DNA of 19,208 nucleotides from Abditibacteriaceae bacterium (GTDB taxonomy: Bacteria; Armatimonadota; Abditibacteriia; Abditibacteriales; Abditibacteriaceae), in the NCBI GenBank assembly GCA_031372065.1, contig JANMKN010000100.1, positions 1-19,208 on the forward strand, in the 5' to 3' direction. Of the stretch, positions 8,240 through 16,759 are shown one piece after another. The translations under genes and the position numbers were made by a program. Each line of letters opens with the position of its first letter. Position 1 is the first letter of the stretch. The notes beneath the pieces were generated by a model. It was given only the letters and a program-made list of their open reading frames with translations, did no database searches and had not been told where the DNA came from.

Positions 8240-9670
8240 TTAAAATTCAGCGCGCGCAATCGCGCGGCGCTTGAACAAAAACTCGAACAAATTTCCTTCG
8301 TGCGGCTGATCCCAACTAACGCGATTAGTTGGCAGCGGCCCGATATTCAAACGGTCAATCAAAGGCGAGGCCAGCAAATCTTCGATCCACTTTTCGTCTT
8401 TTGTAATCGCCGTCACGACGAGCGATGGGCCAATTGTTTCCAGCATTTTCTCTTGGGGCACTTCAACAACGCTGGCAAAGGGAAACAAAAATTCTTTGTT
8501 CGCTAAAGCGTGGTTAAACGACGGACAATAAACCACTGTCGGCTGCAAATAATTGCTGTTTTCCAGTTCTACACGCCGCGCACCGTGGCGAAATTCGGCT
8601 GTCATTTCCTGCGCGCCTTCGATTTCGCTTTCGATGACATCATCAATCATTTCGGCCATTTTCGGGTTGGCGAAACCGGCTAAAATCGCTTTCTCTTCGT
8701 CATGCTTCACCGGCACATATTCGCTTAATTTTTCGGCCACGGCGCGGCTAACTTCTTCACCGTATTTGGGCACCACAATCGTAGAAGCGTTGATGCAACT
8801 GCGCCCACCGTTGGCAACAACCGATTCGGCCATCACACCCACATAATCGCGCCAGTTTTCGATGCAATCGTCGCCGATTAGCACTTTGCTGCGTCCCGGC
8901 CCGTGAACTTGGACAGCCGGATTGCCCGCATGACGCGCCACGGTGTTTTCGTCGCCGAAAATCAAGGCGCGTTGCGCCAATTCCATCAAGGCATTTGAGC
9001 CTTCGTGATCCGTCGGATAAAAGGAAAACGCTTGGGCTGGAACGCCCGCCGCGATGAAACTTTGAATGATGCGCAACGGCGTCCATGGGTCTTCGCGCCC
9101 CGGCTTCAAAACAACGGGAATACCCAGCGCAATAGCAGGCATCCAAATCGAATTCACGCCCGGCGAATTCGAGGGCAAAATCACCGTGAGCGCTTCGGCT
9201 TGCGGATAAAAGCTGACCAAGGCACCGTCTTCTTCGCCCAAACCACGCCGCAAAATTTCCAGATTCAAGCCGCGCGTCAGGCCACCGATAATGCCCGGCA
9301 TTTGCGCAAAAACCTGATACACCTTGCCCATATTCAAGCGGCAAAGCGAGTGCGGCAAGCCGGTTGTCGCCGACAAATTTTCAATATATTGCTGCGGCGT
9401 GTGCGTTTCACCATCAAGGCCAACTGGCAACGCTTCGTGCAGAAATAATTCACCGGCGCGCTGCGTCATTTCCAGCAATTGCGCGGGCGAACACTCTTGC
9501 AACGCCCGCCGCGCCGCGCCGATTTTGGTCATATCGCGGCGCAGCATTCCCGCATTGGCCGCGCTGACAAGCGCCACATCGGCGCCGCCGCGCAAGTTTT
9601 TCAATTCAATCGTGTCGAGGCTCTCGTAACTGACGCCCGCACGCAAAATAGGAAGATGAGGAAGGGACAT
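8240..9670 (-). CDS. Atypical ALDH-superfamily protein (EhpG/LuxC-like acyl reductase)
   Basis: 476 aa. Motifs: LPSNSP (catalytic Asn), VLKPG, GGRSCINAS (catalytic Cys) and KEFLFPF. The ELGGK motif is replaced by HGPGRSK. Confidence 0.82.
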   Translation of the reverse strand: MSLPHLPILRAGVSYESLDTIELKNLRGGADVALVSAANAGMLRRDMTKIGAARRALQECSPAQLLEMTQRAGELFLHEALPVGLDGETHTPQQYIENLSATTGLPHSLCRLNMGKVYQVFAQMPGIIGGLTRGLNLEILRRGLGEEDGALVSFYPQAEALTVILPSNSPGVNSIWMPAIALGIPVVLKPGREDPWTPLRIIQSFIAAGVPAQAFSFYPTDHEGSNALMELAQRALIFGDENTVARHAGNPAVQVHGPGRSKVLIGDDCIENWRDYVGVMAESVVANGGRSCINASTIVVPKYGEEVSRAVAEKLSEYVPVKHDEEKAILAGFANPKMAEMIDDVIESEIEGAQEMTAEFRHGARRVELENSNYLQPTVVYCPSFNHALANKEFLFPFASVVEVPQEKMLETIGPSLVVTAITKDEKWIEDLLASPLIDRLNIGPLPTNRVSWDQPHEGNLFEFLFKRRAIARAEF

Positions 9671-9676
9671 AAATCG

Positions 9677-10948
9677 TTAATTTTTAAAACAAAACAGTTT
9701 TTCCGAGGTGCGCACGAAAACATTGCCATGTGCGGCCACAATCGTAGCGCGGGAGCGTGGGCTTTCAAGAGCCATTTGATGCAAAGTTTTCGGCTCGTCG
9801 GCGGATACAACCCACACTTCGCCCGCTTCGTTCATACAGTAAATTTTGCCGTCCGCGCCCGTTGGCGAAGCGCGGAAGACCGGACGACCTCCGAGTTCGT
9901 GTGTCCATTTCACCTCGCCGGTTTGCGGGTCGGCACAGGAAATTCGCTTTTTGTCGCCATCCAAAACATACAACTGATTTTTGTAAAACAGTGGCGCGCA
10001 GACATCGCTGGTCAGTTGCGGATTGCGCCACGCCCACGTTTCTTCGTTACCGTTTTGTCCCGGTTTAACAGCGAAGGCTGCGCCGCCTTTGGGCGGGCAA
10101 ATGACAACTAAATCGCCAACTTGCGTGGGCGAGGGCACAATGCGCCAATGGCCGATGCGTGTCGGATTCCAACCTTCAACGCGCCATAATTCTTTGCCAG
10201 TTTCCACGTCATGTCCAGTCACGGCATCGCCGCCAAGCAAGGCAATTTCAGTTTTGCCATCGTGCTGAATCGGAACGGGCGTGGTGTAGGCTTCTTTGGT
10301 TTCGTCGCGCGCCTGTGTCGGGCGCACAATGCGCCAAATATTTTGTCCGGTGGCCGCATTAATCGCCATCAAATAACTTTCGGTGCCGCGATGCAAAACC
10401 GGCACGATGTATTTGTCGCCGACCAAAACGCCCGACGCGCCATAAAGAAAATTGACGTAAAAATCGCCGTATTCTTTTTGCAAATTGCGCTGCCACAATT
10501 TTTTGCCGTTCACATCAAAAGCCGCAATATCGCCTGAACCATATAGAAAAATCGCCACTTTGCCATCGGTGACAGGCGAAGGCGCCGCCAAATCGTTGCG
10601 GTCACTTGACGCCAGAACCGGCGCAATTTCCTGACGCCATAATTCTTTGCCGTCTTCTCGATTAAGGCACAAGGCCAGCAGCGTTTTGTCTTTGTTGTTC
10701 AGCGACGACAGGAAAATTCTATCGCCCCAAATAACCGGCGTGGCCGCCGAGGGGCCGGGCAAATCTACCGACCATTTCAAATTTTTCGCCGGGTCAAGCT
10801 GCGCAGGCAAATTGGTTTCATCCGTTGCGCCATTGAGATTCGGCCCACGCCATTGCGGCCAATCCGCAGCGAAAAGCGGGGAGGCAATAAACAAGTAGCA
10901 CCATAGGCTTACGCCAGCCCGTTTTACTCCAGCAAAAGTGGTATTCAT
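9677..10948 (-). CDS. Secreted PQQ-like beta-propeller repeat protein
   Basis: The signal peptide ends ...SPLFA|ADWPQWRGP, followed by ATPVIWGDRIF, PSPVTDG, GKKLWQRN and ASPTGADGKIY repeats. Confidence 0.88.
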   Translation of the reverse strand: MNTTFAGVKRAGVSLWCYLFIASPLFAADWPQWRGPNLNGATDETNLPAQLDPAKNLKWSVDLPGPSAATPVIWGDRIFLSSLNNKDKTLLALCLNREDGKELWRQEIAPVLASSDRNDLAAPSPVTDGKVAIFLYGSGDIAAFDVNGKKLWQRNLQKEYGDFYVNFLYGASGVLVGDKYIVPVLHRGTESYLMAINAATGQNIWRIVRPTQARDETKEAYTTPVPIQHDGKTEIALLGGDAVTGHDVETGKELWRVEGWNPTRIGHWRIVPSPTQVGDLVVICPPKGGAAFAVKPGQNGNEETWAWRNPQLTSDVCAPLFYKNQLYVLDGDKKRISCADPQTGEVKWTHELGGRPVFRASPTGADGKIYCMNEAGEVWVVSADEPKTLHQMALESPRSRATIVAAHGNVFVRTSEKLFCFKN

Positions 10949-10960
10949 CTTAATATAGCG

Positions 10961-12109
10961 TCAAACGTCCGCTACTTTCTTCTTCAAAAATTTCTGACGA
11001 ACGGTGTCTATTTCTTCGAGTTTCCCCGAAGTTGGATTGCGGATTTGCCAAAACGACCATCCATTTGTTTGAGGATATGGACGATCTGGTGTGGTTCCAA
11101 TAATGGTCTTTCGTGCCTCGCTGGCTGCCATGGACAGCGAAATATATGAGGTTGTAGCGAAACGGACTCGCCCATCATCCAGAATTGTCGCATTTAACCA
11201 ATTCCCTTTATAATCTCTAACCAATTCAACGGGAGGGGTGAGCAACCCAGCTTGGATTAAATCAGTAACCGTAACCCCAACAAATGCGGGACTTTTCTTT
11301 CGGTCTGGCTTTTCCTTAGTCTTCCGTCTTCGTGGCAAAGTCGGGCTTACCTGTGGAGTAGGCAAAGTAACCTGCACCGGCTTGGGCGATTCGGTAACGC
11401 TACCTGAAGAATTAATTAATCCCATTGCAGCATATTCGATTTGAATATCCGCTCGTTTAACGGATTCCCGAATCTCTCCCGGTGACAATTCCGGAGTGAA
11501 CTTACGAATTAAGCGAATTAATGCCGGATCATCACCTTTTAGCAGGTCTTGCAGCGCTACTTTAACGTGGCGATCAATAAAATGTGCTTTCCATAAAACA
11601 TCCAACCGCTTTTCTGTCATTCTGTCTTTTGACAGCAATTCAAGCATCTCAATAACAGAATCGTGTTGAGCTTGATCAGAGATGCAAATGGTGCGGAATA
11701 ATTTTTCCTCCACATCACATTCAGCATGAGAATTATAAACACGGTATTCTTCACCGTTGGTAAGAATGCACCATTTCACGCCAATGGCATTAGCGTAGTT
11801 GACTGTTTGAGTGATCCACTTTCGATCATTCATGTTTTCACGCAAACCCTTGGCTTCAGCAAATAAAATTGGTGAGCGGTGCACAAAAAGAGCATAATCC
11901 ACAGGGTTATCTTGGGACTTGTGCCGATATTCTCGCTTTACTTCCTCAAAATTTAGCACGTCCCAGCCCAGCGCCCCTAATATAGGTTCTATGAGGGTGG
12001 CCTTAGTATCAGCTTCGGAAATATGATCACTCCGCCCACGCAAGTAAACCAAGCGTTGCCGGACTTCTTGAAGCCTTTCAACAAGACATGATGATTCTGC
12101 ACTTTGCAT
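10961..12109 (-). CDS. Putative restriction endonuclease: HsdR N-terminal-like PD-(D/E)xK domain plus C-terminal RAMA-like domain
   Basis: The N-terminus has EADTKATLIEPILGALGW...VDYAL...FAEAKG...Q...YA...ILTNGEEYRVY. A Pro/Lys-rich linker follows. The C-terminus has DLIQAGLL...ATILDDGRV...SLSMAA...TNGWSFW. Sampled 60-mers are 37-47% GC versus 65-70% in sampled flanking genes. Confidence 0.75.
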   Translation of the reverse strand: MQSAESSCLVERLQEVRQRLVYLRGRSDHISEADTKATLIEPILGALGWDVLNFEEVKREYRHKSQDNPVDYALFVHRSPILFAEAKGLRENMNDRKWITQTVNYANAIGVKWCILTNGEEYRVYNSHAECDVEEKLFRTICISDQAQHDSVIEMLELLSKDRMTEKRLDVLWKAHFIDRHVKVALQDLLKGDDPALIRLIRKFTPELSPGEIRESVKRADIQIEYAAMGLINSSGSVTESPKPVQVTLPTPQVSPTLPRRRKTKEKPDRKKSPAFVGVTVTDLIQAGLLTPPVELVRDYKGNWLNATILDDGRVRFATTSYISLSMAASEARKTIIGTTPDRPYPQTNGWSFWQIRNPTSGKLEEIDTVRQKFLKKKVADV

Positions 12110-12146
12110 TGTTCTTATCCCCCAATTCGCAAAGGAATTTTCTCAA

Positions 12147-13205
12147 TCAATACACCCCTTCGATGGTTTTCTTTTCCATTTGACCGAAGGGGCGCACTTC
12201 GCCGACGCCATCCCATGCGTATAAATCGCACGGTTCGCGGCGAATGGCTTCATCGCGTTCCAAAAAGCGCGGCATGAAAAATTCTTTGGTCAGCGTGGAA
12301 AGTTCAACGCGGCCCCGTTCGCCGTAACCCACAGTGCGCGAGGTGTCGTTTGGCTCGACGACGCGCAAAACAGCGCGCGGCTGCGGCGCGTAATACGTCA
12401 CGCTCCATTTGTCTTCCCGCGTCAACGGCTTGCTACAAGCAAGGCCCATCAAAGTGTTGCCGTAAGTCGGCACGAACTGCGCGCGATTGTCCAGCACTTC
12501 TTCGATGAGAAAGCGCACGATTTGCGGCGTCATTTGCGTGCCGCCGCAAAACACGCCTTTAATGCCCGCATCCGGCACGTTTATTTTTTCGCCCAAGGCT
12601 TCCAGTAATTTCGGCGTGGTAAACAGGCATTCGATTTTGCGATTTTTCAAAATCGTCGCGCCTTGTTCAACAACGTGTTTTTTGTAGCGATTCGCCATGT
12701 CGAAATCTTTGGTTTGAATGAGTTGTTTCACCCAACGCGGGTCGAGGTCAACAAAATAACAAGAGCCGCCGCGAATATTGGCGAGATGTTCAATCGCCAA
12801 ACGCAAACGACGTGGCCCGGTCGGGCCAATCATCAGCCAGTTGGCACCTTTGGGAAAGGCTTTTTCATCAAGCGTGTTGGAAAATTCTTCGTAATCTACA
12901 TTGTGATCGTTCCAACTGATGCGCTGTTTGGGCATTCCGGTGGTGCCGCCAGTTTCAAAAACGTAATACGGCTGGCCCGCAAACGCTTTGGGCACAAAGC
13001 GCTCGTTCTGCTCGTCGCGCAGCCATTCGTCTTGAAAATGATCGAAATGCGCCAATAAATCGGCGTAAGAGGCCACTTTTTCGCGCGGATCGCCGTTTTT
13101 CGCGGCCCAATCAAGCCAAAACGGGCAGCCGGTTTCGGGCGAAAAGTGCCAGTTGATAATTTCGCGCACATGGGCGTCAAGTTGCAGGGAAGAATCGGTT
13201 GACAT
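12147..13205 (-). CDS. EhpF-like truncated ANL-superfamily adenylating enzyme (LuxE/PaaK-related)
   Basis: 352 aa. Motifs: HFSPETGCPFW, P-loop ETGGTTGMPK, TTPKLLE, GGT, PTYGNTLMG, GERGRV and ERDEA. It ends before the usual small C-terminal ANL domain. GAGGT RBS upstream. Confidence 0.75.
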   Translation of the reverse strand: MSTDSSLQLDAHVREIINWHFSPETGCPFWLDWAAKNGDPREKVASYADLLAHFDHFQDEWLRDEQNERFVPKAFAGQPYYVFETGGTTGMPKQRISWNDHNVDYEEFSNTLDEKAFPKGANWLMIGPTGPRRLRLAIEHLANIRGGSCYFVDLDPRWVKQLIQTKDFDMANRYKKHVVEQGATILKNRKIECLFTTPKLLEALGEKINVPDAGIKGVFCGGTQMTPQIVRFLIEEVLDNRAQFVPTYGNTLMGLACSKPLTREDKWSVTYYAPQPRAVLRVVEPNDTSRTVGYGERGRVELSTLTKEFFMPRFLERDEAIRREPCDLYAWDGVGEVRPFGQMEKKTIEGVY

Positions 13206-13225
13206 CGTTAAAGTAACCTCGGTTT

Positions 13226-14710
13226 CTACGACTCAATAGCTTCTTTGGGTTCGGGCAAAAACAGGCCAAGAATCAACGCTAAAATGGCGACGCCGGTTGC
13301 TAAATAGCCCGCCGCTTGCGCGATATGCAGCGGTTTGACGTTGGTCATGCCACCCGCAATCATCGGCGCCAAAATGCTGGTTGTGACAATGGAAGCGCTG
13401 GTGCCAACCATGCGTCCGCCGACATTGGTAGCGAAACTGCCGCCGGTGCCGCGCAGATGCAAGGGAAACACTTTCGGCAGATATTCACCGAAATAACTGA
13501 ACTGCGCGACGGTCAGAAATCCACATAATCCATAGGCCCAGAAAAAGGCATCGCCGCCTTGCTTGAAAAGCACAAAATACGTCAGTGGCAAAATCAAAAC
13601 GGCGGGAAACTGAAAGATTTTGAGCATTTTGCGCCGCGCCAGACCCAGAAACAGCAGTCCGGCTAAAGCGATGCGCCCTAAAAGGCCGCCCATTTCTTGA
13701 AAAAACTGTAAATGTGTGCTGACTTTTTGCACTTCGCCGTTAATCGGCTTTTGCAAAGCGAAATTTTCTTTGATTTTGCCCAGCAAAACTTTGCGTTCTG
13801 CGGGTTCTTGTGTGGCGTTCAATTGGCGGTTGAGCGATTCGCCTTCCTTGCGCAGTGGCGCCAATTGTTTGGCTTGCGCCGACAGTTTGGGCAAGCCGGG
13901 CGCCACGCGCGCAACTGTTACTTGCAAAGCACCAAAGGCAATGGCATAAGCGCACGCCGAAAGCGCTGCCGTTAAAATCGTCACGCGGCGCAGTTCAGGC
14001 GAGAAAAGTTCGCCAAAACTGGGCCGTTTTAAGGTGCCTGACGCGCGTTTTTCCTTCCAAACAGGCGATTCGGGCACAAAAGCAAGCAAAAGCGCGATGG
14101 GAATGGCTGGCAGCAAACCGGTTAGCAATAAATAACGCCAACTGCCAATAGTGCCGCCCGGCCCCGAAGGCAAGCCCATCGAGGAAAAGTTAGCGGCATT
14201 CGCCAAAATATAGCCGCCCGCCAAACTCACAAAAACGCCGCCGAGCGACGCAAATGCCTGTGTTATGCCCAAGATGCGTTCGCGCTGCTTTTTGTCGGCA
14301 AATAACTCGGACAGCCATGTGATCGCCGCGATAAATTCAACGCACACTCCAATAAATGTCGTGCAACGGAAAAACACAAACGCCGCCAACGAAGTGCTAA
14401 AAGCAGCCAAAAGCGGCGAAAACGAATAAACGAAAATACTCGCAACCATCACTTTTTTGCGCCCGACTTTGTCAATGAGCCAGCCGCCGATCAAGCCAAA
14501 AATGCCGCCGCATAGCGCCGACATCCAAAGCAGTTTGCCCACCCATTCGGTGACCAGCGGATTGTTTTGCGGCACCTTCAACAACTCGGCAATCGCGGCG
14601 GGCGCGACAAGCGGTGTCATCAGCAGTTCGTAGGTGTCGAACAAAAAGCCGATGGATGCGACGATAACGACCAGCCATTGCGTCTTGGTGAGCTTGTTAG
14701 AGGAAGGCAT
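13226..14710 (-). CDS. MFS transporter
   Basis: 494 aa with about 12 hydrophobic segments. Motifs: TM1 GFLFDTYE, motif A GGWLIDKVGRKK, VPESPVW and VFPLHLRGTG. Confidence 0.92.
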   Translation of the reverse strand: MPSSNKLTKTQWLVVIVASIGFLFDTYELLMTPLVAPAAIAELLKVPQNNPLVTEWVGKLLWMSALCGGIFGLIGGWLIDKVGRKKVMVASIFVYSFSPLLAAFSTSLAAFVFFRCTTFIGVCVEFIAAITWLSELFADKKQRERILGITQAFASLGGVFVSLAGGYILANAANFSSMGLPSGPGGTIGSWRYLLLTGLLPAIPIALLLAFVPESPVWKEKRASGTLKRPSFGELFSPELRRVTILTAALSACAYAIAFGALQVTVARVAPGLPKLSAQAKQLAPLRKEGESLNRQLNATQEPAERKVLLGKIKENFALQKPINGEVQKVSTHLQFFQEMGGLLGRIALAGLLFLGLARRKMLKIFQFPAVLILPLTYFVLFKQGGDAFFWAYGLCGFLTVAQFSYFGEYLPKVFPLHLRGTGGSFATNVGGRMVGTSASIVTTSILAPMIAGGMTNVKPLHIAQAAGYLATGVAILALILGLFLPEPKEAIES

Positions 14711-14766
14711 GAATAAGTTTCGGTCTCAATTAAATTTTCGCGCCACAGTTGGGCGCCCGTCAAATT

Positions 14767-15136
14767 TTACTCCCCCGCTGCTTTCGCCGCACGACGCACG
14801 CCTTTTTCGCGCCGGAATTCATCCGATGGCTCAATATTCGCCGTTGCTGTGGGCACGCCGCCGCGCAATAAATCGGTTTCGACCAGATTTGTTTCGCTTA
14901 AAAACAAATAGCGCATCTTCGACAAATAATGCATTTTCCCTTCGCCCGCGCTGGTTTTGTTAGTTGGCTTTAACACTTCAATAGCGGTTACAACTTCGCC
15001 ATCTTGTGCGCTCCGAATTTCGATGAATGGCTCGATGCAACGTTTCGCGGATGTAAGTCAGTAGCGAAGTATGCACATCGCGCCAAAAGCACACATCTTC
15101 AAGATACGGGTTCATGCCCGGAAACGGGTTTGGCAT
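14767..15136 (-). pseudogene. DUF4058-family gene remnant (internal deletion plus frameshift, truncated 3' end)
   Basis: Frame A from the ATG at 15136 reads MPNPFPGMNPYLEDVCFWRDVHTSLLTYIRETL and stops at 14978. Frame B from about 15036 reads IEPFIEIRSAQDGEVVTAIEVLKPTNK...GEGK...ETNLVETDLLRGG. Both pieces match the DUF4058 consensus as I recall it (MPSPFPGMDPYLE...; EIR...VVTxIExLSPxNK...HLVEIDLLRGG). Confidence 0.78.
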
Positions 15137-15148
15137 GGCGAATATCGG

Positions 15149-16696
15149 TTACTTGCCGATAGCGTAAAGATGCGTTGGTGTGGCGACAAAGAGCGTGCCG
15201 TTGGCAGCTACGGGAGTCGAGTAAATCGGCGCGGGAAAAGCGATTTTGCTGAGAATTTTCTTTTCCTTGCTGGCCGCGAAAATGTAAAATTCGCCGTCTT
15301 CGTTGCCCACGTAAACTTTGCCATCAGCCACCATCGTCGAACCCCAAATATGGCTGCCGGTGTTGTGCGTCCAATATGCTTTGCCGGTTTCTGGGTCAAG
15401 GCAATGCACATGGCCGCTGTAATCGGAAATGAACAGCATATCATTGACAATCGCGGGCGTGGACAGCGAACGTGAAATGCCAGTGTAACGCCAGATTTCG
15501 CCGCTTTTAGTAATGTCGCCACTTTTGGAAATATCCACACAACTGATGGCGCCGATACCATCGCCGTGTTCTGGGTCTTGGCCGATGGCGATGTAAGCGC
15601 GATCTTTATACACCACGGGCGTGCCGATAATTTCGCTGGGGCCTTCGGCAGCCGGATATTTAATCGGCTTGCCATCTTTCATGCGATAATTAGCCGGATT
15701 CGCATCATAACGCCAGTTTTCTTTGAGAATTTTGTAATCCTCCGGGCCATCAATCGGCTTAATATCAAAGCCATAAGCCCAACCATCGCCGCCGCCAAAA
15801 ACGACTTGCTCACGGTTTGCCGTCTTGGAATACGAAGGCGTTGACCAATTAGAGTGAAACAATCGCCGGCTGACGCCCGAATCTTCTTCACCAAGCAGTT
15901 TGCCGGTTTTCTTGTCCAAACAAATCAACGCGGGTGCATTAGGCGCCGGAATATTGATGTGCGACCAGTCTTGCCCGTTGGAAGTCGTCACGAAGATACG
16001 ATCTTCCAGAACCAAAGGTGCGCAAGCCGTAATATTATGCGGGAACACGCCGCATTCATCACGTATATCAAAGCGCCAGATAATATCGGCGTCCTGAGGC
16101 CCGGTGGTAACGGGCGGCTTGCCCGGCCCGGCCATATATTGCGCTTCGTCTTTGAAATCACCATCGTTGCCGTTGGCTAAACCTTCGGTATCCAAACAAA
16201 TCGCCTCGCAGCGATTAGTCACCAAGTAAAGGCGGTTGCCCTCGACTTGCGGCGGCGAACAAATGCCCAAAAATTCCCAGTCGCTGACCTTACCGGTGCC
16301 GAGTTTCGGCACCGCAAGCTGCCACAGAAATTTGCCGGTTTTTTCATCGAAGCACATCAAAATGCCGCGATCACCTTGAGTTTTTGGGTCGCGCGGCGAT
16401 TCATTGTTGGTGCCGATGAAAACTCTGCCGCCCGAAACGGTCAGGTTGCCATAGGCCTGCGAACCCAACTTTTCAATCCACTTGACGCCTTTGGTCGTCG
16501 CCATGTCCGCGTCTTCGGTATTGGGTTTGTATTTTCCGGGATCGAACGAAGCGGGCAAGCCGGTTTCATTGGAAATCATGTTGCGCCCCATATCAATGCC
16601 CCAAAAAGGGTGATCGGCGGCGATTGTGGGCAGCGCCAGTAACGGCAACGCGGCCACGGAAACTATCAAAGGAGTAATTTTCATTTTCAAATTCAT
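15149..16696 (-). CDS. Secreted PQQ-like beta-propeller protein with large insertions
   Basis: 515 aa (alternative start 16684). The signal peptide ends ...PTIA|ADHPFWG, followed by GRVFIGTNN, CFDEKTGKFLW, CLDKKTGKLL, STPAIVND and STPVAANG repeats. Confidence 0.87.
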   Translation of the reverse strand: MNLKMKITPLIVSVAALPLLALPTIAADHPFWGIDMGRNMISNETGLPASFDPGKYKPNTEDADMATTKGVKWIEKLGSQAYGNLTVSGGRVFIGTNNESPRDPKTQGDRGILMCFDEKTGKFLWQLAVPKLGTGKVSDWEFLGICSPPQVEGNRLYLVTNRCEAICLDTEGLANGNDGDFKDEAQYMAGPGKPPVTTGPQDADIIWRFDIRDECGVFPHNITACAPLVLEDRIFVTTSNGQDWSHINIPAPNAPALICLDKKTGKLLGEEDSGVSRRLFHSNWSTPSYSKTANREQVVFGGGDGWAYGFDIKPIDGPEDYKILKENWRYDANPANYRMKDGKPIKYPAAEGPSEIIGTPVVYKDRAYIAIGQDPEHGDGIGAISCVDISKSGDITKSGEIWRYTGISRSLSTPAIVNDMLFISDYSGHVHCLDPETGKAYWTHNTGSHIWGSTMVADGKVYVGNEDGEFYIFAASKEKKILSKIAFPAPIYSTPVAANGTLFVATPTHLYAIGK

Positions 16697-16710
16697 AGCA
16701 CTTCACCAAA

Positions 16711-16748
16711 GAAAAACGCGCGCAAGTTGAAAACTGGGCGCGTTTTTC
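16711..16748 (-). terminator. Intergenic hairpin (intrinsic terminator-like or REP-like)
   Basis: gaaaaacgcgc(16711-16721) and gcgcgtttttc(16738-16748) are perfect 11-bp arms with a partly paired core. On the minus strand the GC stem is followed by TTTTTCTTT, just after the stop at 16760. Confidence 0.55.
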
Positions 16749-16759
16749 CAGAAACTTTC

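Noticed and set aside
10961..12109. Type I restriction-modification system
   Set aside because: Only the nuclease-like N-terminal domain is present, with no helicase motifs, hsdM or hsdS.
8240..13205. Phenazine or lux (bioluminescence) cluster
   Set aside because: No phz core genes or luxAB/luxD are in the window; only the adenylase/reductase module is shared.
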